Source of the DNA: Eledone cirrhosa | Taxonomy: Eukaryota | DNA length: 64,000 nt | Assembly: GCA_964016885.1 (NCBI GenBank) | Contig: OZ024743.1 | Location: forward strand, 44,702,001-44,766,000 | Reading direction: 5' to 3' | Shown here: positions 52,798-64,000 of the stretch, in pieces | How positions within the stretch are numbered: the stretch's first letter is position 1 | Layout of the letters: every line of letters begins with the position of its first letter | Program-made: the position numbers and the translations under genes | Notes under the pieces: generated by a model | Databases searched by the model: none | What the model was told of the DNA's origin: nothing | What the model saw: only the letters and a program-made list of their open reading frames with translations

Positions 52798-53943
52798 GTT
52801 ATAAATAGGAATTAGATCAATAGTATAAACTCTACCGACCTATATCACAAGAACGATCCATATGTAGCACAGAGGACTAAGAAGAGTGGGTTGCTTGGAC
52901 GACGCCTCACCGTTAGAAGCCGATACATATAAGACCAAAATCAGTTACAATAATTAAAGATAAGGAAAAATAAGGAAAAAGGGAAAGATAATTAAAGATA
53001 AGGAAAAATAAAAGATAAGGAAATTAAAGATAAGAGATAAAACGTAAAGGGTAGAGTCTAGAAGTAAGGATAAAATAAAGATAACAAAAAAGTGATGATG
53101 ATAATATAAGGAAATATAAAAAATATATAAAGAAATAATATAAAAAATAATAACAAATAATAAAAATAAAAATAAACATTAGAATAAAAAATAGGAGGTG
53201 ATTAAAATAAAAATAAAAATGAAACATAAAAGGTTTATAGTATGAAATTCGATACTACAGGGCATTCTTAAATTGAGGAATTTAAAAATAACACCCACCT
53301 CATTTTATGTCTGCCATATACTTGAATTTGGGGACCTCTTTTGTATATATATATACACACTTGTGTGTACATACATATATATACGCATCTGTATGGCTTT
53401 GTGTGTGTAGATGTGTGTGTGTGTCTGTGGGGGTGGGTGTGAGTGTATGTGCAAGGCAACCAACATAAGTCCTTTTATATGTAAACTTTCTAAGTATATC
53501 ACTCTGACCATAATTTTCAGTATTACCACCCCACATACATTTAAGAATGCCCTGTAGTATCAAATTTCATACTATAAACCCCACATGAATATATATCTGA
53601 CCAGGAATGGTTTTTGTGAAAATCAGTCATATGGAACTATTGTCATCTTGTCTGACGGTTTGAACTTTACAACACCACAGACCTCTTTGAGGTCAAATAC
53701 CAATACTAGCATCTACAAACTGACCAATGAGAATTAAGATTATTCCTGCTGACAACATTAAATTATCCCTAACAAGCTCATATGTCCCAAGGCTCTAAAA
53801 CCATCAACACCAAAAACCCAGAGCTGGCATATCTAAGAAGTTACTGACTGCCTGATGAGGTCATAAACATACAATGGCTATCATCTAAATATATATAGCG
53901 GTAAATAAAGGATTATGAGTTCATACAATTGACATATGTTTCG

Positions 53944-54019
<76 letters not shown>

Positions 54020-54367
54020 TATTCTTACACACGTGCACAGGTATAGCTCATTTTACAAAAACGTTTTCTCTGCCATTTCAGGTAGACGCCTGCCATCATC
54101 CACTTTTCTAAAAACAAATCATACAGAAAACGCCAGCAGCAACAGTTTTGCAGGAGATGTCAACATGAATGGACCTGTTATTTTTTTCTAAAGACATTTT
54201 TTTACAATTCCAACCCGCCCGTCCCCTCAATCTATCTTATTTCTCGTTCCTTCTTCCGAAACGTTGAGACCCTCTTCCTGCTATATCAAGCGTTAACCTA
54301 ATATATCCCTTCCATATACTGTACCAATTGTTTTGTTATTTCTGTTTACCTTTTACATATATATATA

Positions 54368-54453
<86 letters not shown>

Positions 54454-54611
54454 TATATATATATATATATACATATATAGGAAAATGTATGACACCGACG
54501 GCTTGATCTCCGCCGTCGGTGTCATACTTTTTCCTATCTCCCACTCTACTACGCTAAGTATTGAGTACTCTGGTGCACTATGGTCCATTTGGTTCCTTAC
54601 CACAATTCCTT

Positions 54612-54658
<47 letters not shown>

Positions 54659-54798
54659 AAATTAAAATTAAAATTAAGGGTTGTCATGTCTGACAGACAT
54701 GCGCCATATCCACCGTAGAATAAGCTCAAAGATTAGATCCGAGCATTACATATCAACTAGAAATTATTTTATATATATATATATCAATCTATTTCTAG

Positions 54799-54839
<41 letters not shown>

Positions 54840-55669
54840 ATAATAATAAATTTGAAGACTAAAATCCAAAGAGGGCTCGATAAGGATAAATATATTTCAA
54901 ATATATAAGAACCGTAGAGCAAATATTTATTAAAATAACAGATTAAAGTTTAAGCAAAGAATCGCTGCTTTTACACTTAACGGGATCTTCTGAAACTAAC
55001 AACGTCAATCTGTAAACGCAGAAGTGGATATTTCAAAAAACGTTGCAACCGGAGCAAGACAGGAAGATGATACTTTGGTTCGTGGAGACGTTCGCTGGTA
55101 AAGAATGGGAAAAAACGAATATAATACGTCATTAATAGGAGCGGTGAAAAACTATTACGCGCAAAGACAGAACCACGTTGATGGTATAAAAGAGGTCGTA
55201 GACTAATGTTCTCTTAGGTGGTTCATAGAGACGTTCTCTGGCAATGAACGAAAAAAACGAAGATAATACGTCATATGTGGAGCGTGGAGAACAATAGCAC
55301 GCAAAGACAAAACCACGTAAATGGTATAGCAGAAGTCGTAGACTAAAATTCTAACTAGGAGACCGAATGAATCTCCGCTACAGAGTTAAGAACAAAGTAA
55401 ATAAATACAATACAGAAGTAATAGAAATAAATTAATACATACACGCAAACAAATACGTACATACACAAGCATACGCAAAACACTTACCATAGGTATACGA
55501 AACCACGCACATATAAATATGTGTGTGTGTGTATGCGTGGATACAAATAAATAAATAATTATATAAACGTATATAAATAAATAAATACGTTTATAACAAG
55601 CGCACACACATACCTACATGTAAAACACGAATGTTCGGAGACGTAAGTCAACCAAAACATGAAGTACAC

Positions 55670-55703
<34 letters not shown>

Positions 55704-55705
55704 AT

Positions 55706-55762
<57 letters not shown>

Positions 55763-56266
55763 CATATGTGTGTGTGTATGTATATATATATATGTATATC
55801 TATGTCGGGTCACTCTTGAGTGCTACTGGTATCATGTAACCCAGTACAACCTGTAGCATGGTCGGGTCGTCGGCTACTAAACCGGAAACACCACCAAGTT
55901 TACTTGGTGAGGGGGGGGGGGTTTGGACACCCTGCTGGCCAAAAACCAAAACCTGACAAAGGGTGAAAGAACTCATAAGAGTCAACAGCCATCCGAAAGT
56001 GTGTAGATATGTATATACACATGTACCGCACGATTAAATAACTGGGAGTGGAGGACCCCTAGCCTTTGTCAGGGCATTCTTCTAGGACAAGGCAACTCAG
56101 GAAAGTGGGATAACTCCGATATAAAACCTGCGGCTCAGTATTTACCGATGATGTTGATCTTTTCTTCTTTTTTGGGTTATAGCTACTGTCGCCCAGAGAG
56201 TGGGATTGGCTCAGTGCAGTCTTTCCTCACTTAAAAAACATCTTCACGCACAGGCAGTGCACGATA

Positions 56267-56314
<48 letters not shown>

Positions 56315-56357
56315 AACAAAATCAAAGAGCGCTTACATCATCAATTAATCTTTATTT

Positions 56358-56402
56358 GCTGACAGGGTTTCGTCCTTGCATAATTGCAGGACTCATCAGA
56401 GC
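56358..56402 (-). ncRNA. Minimal type I hammerhead ribozyme (duplicate of 52753-52797)
   Basis: Identical sequence in the second unit. Confidence 0.85.
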
Positions 56403-57548
56403 GTTATAAATAGGAATTAGATCAATAGTATAAAATCTACCGACCTATATCACAAGAACGATCCATATGTAGCACAGAGGACTAAGATGAGTGGGGTGCT
56501 TGGACGACGCCTCACCGTTAGAAGCCGATACATATAAGACCAAAATCAGTTACAATAATTAAAGATAAGGAAAAATAAGGAAAAAGGGAAAGATAATTAA
56601 AGATAAGGAAAAATAAAAGATAAGGAAATTAAAGATAAGAGATAAAACGTAAAGGGTAGAGTCTAGAAGTAAGGATAAAATAAAGATAACAAAAAAGTGA
56701 TGATGAAAATATAAGGAAATATAAAAAATATATAAAGAAATAATATAAAAAATAATAACAAATAATAAAAATAAAAATAAACATTAGAATAAAAAATAGG
56801 AGGTGATTAAAATAAAAATAAAAATGAAACATAAAAGGTTTATAGTATGAAATTCGATACTACAGGGCATTCTTAAATTGAGGAATTTAAAAATAACACC
56901 CACCTCATTTTATGTCTGCCATATACTTGAATTTGGGGACCTCTTTTGTATATATATATACACACTTGTGTGTACATACATATATATACGCATCTGTATG
57001 GCTTTGTGTGTGTAGATGTGTGTGTGTGTCTGTGGGGGTGGGTGTGAGTGTATGTGCAAGGCAACCAACATAAGTCTTTTTATATGTAAACTTTCTAAGT
57101 ATATCACTCTGACCATAATTTTCAGTATTACCACCCCACATACATTTAAGAATGCCCTGTAGTATCAAATTTCATACTATAAACCCCACATGAATATATA
57201 TCTGACCAGGAATGGTTTTTGTGAAAATCAGTCATATGGAACTATTGTCATCTTGTCTGACGGTTTGAACTTTACAACACCACAGACCTCTTTGAGGTCA
57301 AATACCAATACTAGCATCTACAAACTGACCAATGAGAATTAAGATTATTCCTGCTGACAACATTAAATTATCCCTAACAAGCTCATATGTCCCAAGGCTC
57401 TAAAACCATCAACACCAAAAACCCAGAGCTGGCATATCTAAGAAGTTACTGACTGCCTGATGAGGTCATAAACATACAATGGCTATCATCTAAATATATA
57501 TAGCGGTAAATAAAGGATTATGAGTTCATACAATTGACATATGTTTCG

Positions 57549-57640
<92 letters not shown>

Positions 57641-57988
57641 TATTCTTACACACGTGCACAGGTATAGCTCATTTTACAAAAACGTTTTCTTTGCCATTTC
57701 AGGTAGACGCCTGCCATCATCCACTTTTCTAAAAACAAATCATACAGAAAACGCCAGCAGCAACAGTTTTGCAGGAGATGTCAACATGAATGGACCTGTT
57801 ATTTTTCTCTAAAGACATTTTTTTCCAATTCCAACCCGCCCGTCCCCTCAATCTATCTTATTTCTCGTTCCTTCTTCCGAAACGTTGAGACCCTCTTCCT
57901 GCTATATCAAGCGTTAACCTAATATATCCCTTCCATATACTGTACCAATTGTGTTGTTATTTCTGTTTACCTTTTACATATATATATA

Positions 57989-58101
<113 letters not shown>

Positions 58102-58258
58102 ATATATATATATATATACATATATAGGAAAATGTATGACACCGACGGCTTGATCTCCGCCGTCGGTGTCATACTTTTTCCTATCTCCCACTCTACTACG
58201 CTAAGTATTGAGTACTCTGGTGCATTATGGTCCATTTGGTTCCTTACCACAATTCCTT

Positions 58259-58289
<31 letters not shown>

Positions 58290-58431
58290 CAAAATTAAAA
58301 TTAAAATTAAGGGTTGTCATGTCTGACAGACATGCGCCATATCCACCGTAGAATAAGCTCAAAGATTAGATCCGAGCATTACATATCAACTAGAAATTAT
58401 TTTATATATATATATATCAATCTATTTCTAG

Positions 58432-58480
<49 letters not shown>

Positions 58481-59310
58481 ATAATAATAAATTTGAAGAC
58501 TAAAATCCAAAGAGGGCTCGATAAGGATAAATATATTTCAAATATATAAGAATCGTAGAGCAAATATTTATTAAAATAACAGATTAAAGTTTAAGCAAAG
58601 AATCGCTGCTTTTACACTTAACGGGATCTTCTGAAACTAACAACGTCAATCTGTAAACGCAGAAGTGGATATTTCAAAAAACGTTGCAACCGGAGCAAGA
58701 CAGGAAGATGATACTTTGGTTCGTGGAGACGTTCGCTGGTAAAGAATGGGAAAAAACGAATATAATACGTCATTAATAGGAGCGGTGAAAAACTATTACG
58801 CGCAAAGACAGAACCACGTTGATGGTATAAAAGAGGTCGTAGACTAATGTTCACTTAGGTGGTTCATAGAGACGTTCTCTGGCAATGAACGAAAAAAACG
58901 AAGATAATACGTCATATGTGGAGCGTGGAGAACAATAGCACGCAAAGACAAAACCACGTAAATGGTATAGCAGAAGTCGTAGACTAAAATTCTAACTAGG
59001 AGACCGAATGAATCTCCGCTACAGAGTTAAGAACAAAGTAAATAAATACAATACAGAAGTAATAGAAATAAATTAATACATACACGCAAACAAATACGTA
59101 CATACACAAGCATACGCAAAACACTTACCATAGGTATACGAAACCACGCACATATAAATATGTGTGTGTGTGTATGCGTGGATACAAATAAATAAATAAT
59201 TATATAAACGTATATAAATAAATAAATACGTTTATAACAAGCGCACACACATAGCTACATATAAAACACGAATGTTCGGAGACGTAAGTCAACCAAAACA
59301 TGAAGTACAC

Positions 59311-59344
<34 letters not shown>

Positions 59345-59346
59345 AT

Positions 59347-59417
<71 letters not shown>

Positions 59418-60610
59418 CATATGTGTGTGTGTATGTATATATATATATGTATATCTATGTCGGGTCACTCTTGAGTGCTACTGGTATCATGTAACCCAGT
59501 ACAACCTGTAGCATGGTCGGGTCGTCGGCTACTAAACCGGAAACACCGTGTGTGTGCGTGTGTGTGCGTGTTTGTGTGCGCGCGCGCGTATGTATGTGTG
59601 TTTGTGTGTGCATGTGTGTGTGAATGTATATATATAATATGTATATATATATAATATCCGTAGGCATGAAAAAGGAAAAAAGAAAAAAAACACTTTTCAA
59701 TCAGAGATGAGAGCTAATACTGATAGTTATATCATATTTTAATTAAGGCACGTTTCAACGATCTCACAGGGCATTAAATTAATTATTAGTTAATTAATTA
59801 TATGAGTCAATGACTGGATTCATCAAAATTAATAAGAAGGCCTCTACGCTTCATTTTGCATGTGTGTTAGAATATGACGTACGTCAGTATTGAAATATGT
59901 ATATATATATAATAAAGTATGTCCATAGAATCATTTGATAAAATATATACACCATTTCCTCTCCCAATCAGCATAATCAACCACACAAAAAAACAATTAA
60001 ATCAGGCTATAAGATTAAAAGAAACCTATGAAGAAATAATAGATAAATAAACGACAGCTATCTATTCGCGATCAACAACAATAGAATATTTATCCAGTAT
60101 TTCTAATAGCACGTGGAAATCAATTAAATATAACGTCAACCATACTCAATTAGGTATAAAATCAAAGTTAGAAGAAAAAATGTATATAAACATACCAAAT
60201 TACGTTTCTACCCCATGGGGTTTCATTTGCTTTTGGAAATATCCGATCAAGGATAAATTCACGAGCTTCAAAATCATCAGGAAACAAACTCAGTTGGACG
60301 AAGATTTTTCTTAAATGATCCCCGCCAGAAACGAATTCAATATGGCTAAGAACTGTGACGTGGCAGTGGTCAAGTCAGAAAGAATCTGATTGGTGCCTTA
60401 CGGCGATTGGGCTGGTTGCTAGAAGTATATATTATACCTGGGGAGGGTCATATTGTTGTAATACTATTGCCAGAAATAATAACAGAACACACACACTGTT
60501 TGGTTGGTTTTCGCTTCTGCATCTTTTATATCTCCATAGTTAATTCATTTGGCCATCAATGTTTATCATTGACTGACCAACGGTCAAAAATACAGATATA
60601 AATATATATC

Positions 60611-60780
60611 AAAATAAAGATCCGAAGGCATGGTAAAAATGTCCAATCATTTTAATCACGACACATGTTTCAATAAGAGATAGATCGATCGTCGCTACAC
60701 GATCGATCTATCTCTTATTGAAACATGTGTCGTGATTAAAATGATTGGAAATTTTTACCATGCCCTCCGATCTTTATTTT
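60611..60780. repeat. Fold-back palindrome (~80-bp arms) containing the 3' half of an HHR-like motif
   Basis: Arms are inverse with few mismatches around a 'cgctac' loop. GAAAC atgt GTC is present; no CTGANGA core. Confidence 0.8.
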
Positions 60781-61259
60781 CATACAAATACTCGGTTTTA
60801 CATCATCTAGCTGTTCCCATAAATGGAATTAGAGATATACAAAAGCGTGGAGAACTTAATATTGCTAACAAAAATTTATTTGACCGTTTGACACAACCAA
60901 TACTATATAACAACGATATAAATATATATATATATAGTCTATCAAAATTCTTTCTTTGCACATCTGCAACATTATCAGTGGTACTATTATCATGTTTTCC
61001 TCCCATTGTATTGTATCGTATTGTAATGTCTACGCCATTTTTATTTTATCTATTTATTTATTTTGTCTCCGTCTCTGTGCATGCGTTTGCGTGTGTGTAT
61101 AGTGTTTGGTGTGTGTTCGCCTTTGAGTGTATGTGTTTTGGTTTTTGTATTCTATCTTTGTTTATTAGTGTGTGTCTATATGTCTTTGTTGTTATTGTAC
61201 TTGTGTATATATTTATTTATTTATTTATTTATTTATATTTCTCTTAAGTCAGTATTGTT

Positions 61260-61545
61260 TATTTGGGTATGGTTGTTGTTATTCCATTCATTTTTTTCTG
61301 TTTAACTTTGGCTTTCTAAGCCCTATTTCGCTCACTTCTCTGATTTGCCTACCTGTTGGGTCATTTCTATGTTTAGATATTATTTTAATTTCTATGTTGT
61401 TTATGTTACCGTCATGTTGTTGTCTGGCGTGTTCGTATAGTACTGCACCGTTTTTTTGTCCTTTTCATTCCCCCCAGCGTTGGTCTATTCTTTCTCCTAT
61501 GCTTCGAGCTGTCTCACCTATGTATATCGTTGTCATGTTTCTGCA
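61260..61545 (-). mobile_element. PLE GIY-YIG C-terminal fragment
   Basis: Reverse translation: IYIGETARSIGERIDQ...LYEHARQQH...RQIREVSEI..KPKLNRKNEW. Confidence 0.7.
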
Positions 61546-64000
61546 AGTACCCTCTGTACAGAGAGAGAAAGAGAATGTGAGAGAGAAAAGGAGAGAAATA
61601 GGGAGAGAAATGTATAGAGGATAAGGAAAGATGCAGTTTCAGTAAAATGTAACTGCTATTTGTAGCATACCAAGCGATGAATGTGTTATACTAATATTAT
61701 GTAACAATATAAAACCGATCTATTTAAAAGTTGAAATATACCGTACTTGAAATAGTAAGGATATAAGTAGAATTTGAAGAAAGAACTTCAGGAGAATCTA
61801 CATGGGTTTACCGGAAATAATAATTAAGGCCGAAAAAAATAAGCATATAGTTAGTGCTTGGTAATTAATAGGATAATAGAACTGGATGTGCGATGATATG
61901 GTATAAGCAAATCCATACGTCACAGCAAAGCGGGTAAAGTGATACTGTAATTAAATTTAAATATCAACAATACCATTTTAAAAGTCGAATTAAAAACAGC
62001 TGGATGAATCGTAAAAGTGCCGGATAAAATTAATCGGCATCTTAGTGTAACGAGTGTAGAAAAGAATTTAGAATATAAGTGATGTTTTTTTTTGTTTTTT
62101 TCTACTTAGAATTACTTAGAATATACATCGACCATTCGTTCTCGTGCATCATTACAATAACTTAGAATATAGATCGATTATTCGTTCCGTTACATGTGCA
62201 CTAGATGGTGTTTACTTGTACCGGATCCGACCCTACATACTCTTGCTTTCTCTACTACACATTTACTGAGCCATGCTTGCTTGTATTGGACACGACCGTT
62301 TGACCCCCGCACCTTCTGCAGCACGTTCACTGGGCAGTGTCTTTCGCTTACGCATGCACTGCGTCTGGGCAATGCCGAATTCAGATGCGATGAACGTTCC
62401 TTCTCTTCCTCCCCCCTACTATACCTGTGCTGCCTGGGGATTGACCCCGGTTGCAACGGCGCCAAGCAATCGGTCTTTGCCTCGTCCTGCTAGGCACATT
62501 CTTCATTCAGACAGTGCCCGCTCATACCGACGCCGCAATGCGTTCTCTTCATTATTCCTCAACGCGTACATTGCATGTAGGCTGTGCCCACTTGCTTCCG
62601 ACTGAGCGTTCGTTCCCTCCGTATTTGTGCTACATTTGGGTTTCCTTTTCAGTATAGTCTTGCACCGGTTCCGTTCATTTGTTCTCTTCCTTGTTGTGCA
62701 ATGCATGTGCAGCCTGCGGGTAGTGCACTCTCGCATCGGTGTCTAGTGTTGCTTCTCATCTTCCTTCTGCTATTCAAATACTGTTTGTATGCTGGGTCCG
62801 TTTGCCTTCTGTTCGTTCTTGTGCAACGCTTGTGAATCCTGTGGACAGTGCCCACCTTTATCAGCGCCAAACATTCCTGCTCTTCACCCGTCTTCAATAC
62901 ATGTGCTGCTTGTGGGTAATGTTTCGTCTCTTATTTCTTCTGCTTGTATCTGCGCCGAATGTCCATGCCCTTTGTTCTGCTACTACGCTTGCAATACTTG
63001 TTGAGGGTGTTCACATGCAACCTCGCAGAGCATTTTGTGTGTGTGTGTGTGTGTCTGCCTGCTACGTTTGCGCAGCATTTGGGTAATGCATAGTGTTTGC
63101 TTTCGTCGTTCCTCTGCTATACTTGCGCTACCTGTCGAAAATGCACGTTTCGTCCTTCTACTATGCGTGCGCTGCTTGTTGGCCGTTTCCACTTTCATTG
63201 GTACCAAATAGAAATTCTCTCTGTCCTCCTGATCCACGAGCGTTACTTGCGGATAGTGCCCTCGTGCATTAACTCCGAGCGTAATTCCTCTCCGTTCTTC
63301 TGTTATGCGTGCGATGTTTGTGGCCTGTACTCGCTTGCGTCCGCGTCGAGTGTGTGTTTTCTGCCCCTCCTCCTACGTGGATGTTGCATGTGGACGGTGC
63401 CCACTTTCGGCCATTGGCAAATAGAGCAAAGTCGTTTATGGAGCTCGGATTATCTACCCTTATACTATTAATCGAGCAACATACTGAGATCCTTCAAGCT
63501 TGACGTTTTGCCTCATGGCAAATAGCGCAAAATAGTTTATAATTTACGAACTACCAATCCTTAGGCCAATAATCAAACAAGTTTCTAAGTTAATGCATTA
63601 TTGTAGAAATAGAGAAATATGCTTACATCGATGATTTTAATGAGATTCAGTGACCAAGAGATAGTAATAAGATGCAAATGCATTTTATTCTCAATAGGAA
63701 ACGATATAACATTATTCAGAAAAATCTATCGAATAATATGGTAATTAAGAGAAACTTGTGGAAAAGTTATTTACAGATCAACACAAAAAAGCAAAAAGAA
63801 ATAAATGTATTTTCTCCTTAAGGGACACTGCAAGAAGTTGGCATTACTATGCTTACTAACCATTCTATTAACTAATGCATATTATCTTAGTTTGCAGGAT
63901 TGCTTTGTCAACAAATAATTGTCTCCAAAGCCAGGCTGTATTTCAAATAGAATGCGAACCATTATGAGGTCAAACATACATTACGTACATCTCACAAGAA

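Noticed and set aside
53850-53870. CTGATGAGG (also at 57456 and a variant at 28422) as an HHR
   Set aside because: No downstream GAAA or pairing helices; at most a truncated remnant.

Overview
AT-rich, microsatellite-dense animal genomic DNA, most likely cephalopod/Octopus (inferred from the SINE types, (TA)n density and TE mix). I found no intact host gene; the window is a nested mobile-element landscape. Main contents: (1) an apparently intact Naiad-type Penelope-like element (PLE; RT + GIY-YIG ORF 6734-8902, 237-bp pseudo-LTRs); (2) a second Naiad PLE with three in-frame stops and ~1.15-kb pLTRs; (3) a decayed Penelope/Poseidon-type PLE and other GIY-YIG remnants; (4) a 5'-truncated Tx1/L1 LINE and a degenerate R4/Dong LINE; (5) a degenerate Helitron plus a mini-Helitron, and DD36E Tc1 fragments; (6) tRNA-headed SINEs, a cluster of ~610-bp RTE-like non-autonomous repeats, a MAK16 retrocopy fragment and a 3.6-kb composite tandem duplication. 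The most notable signal is about 20 type-I hammerhead ribozyme (HHR) motifs from at least 10 unrelated sequence families. They lie mostly in short fold-back or partial-tandem inserts inside (TA)n tracts and include non-canonical cores (U3-A8 compensatory pair, U4C, U4A). All RNA folds were paired by eye and need computational and biochemical confirmation. Most short ORFs in the supplied track are microsatellite or antisense artefacts.
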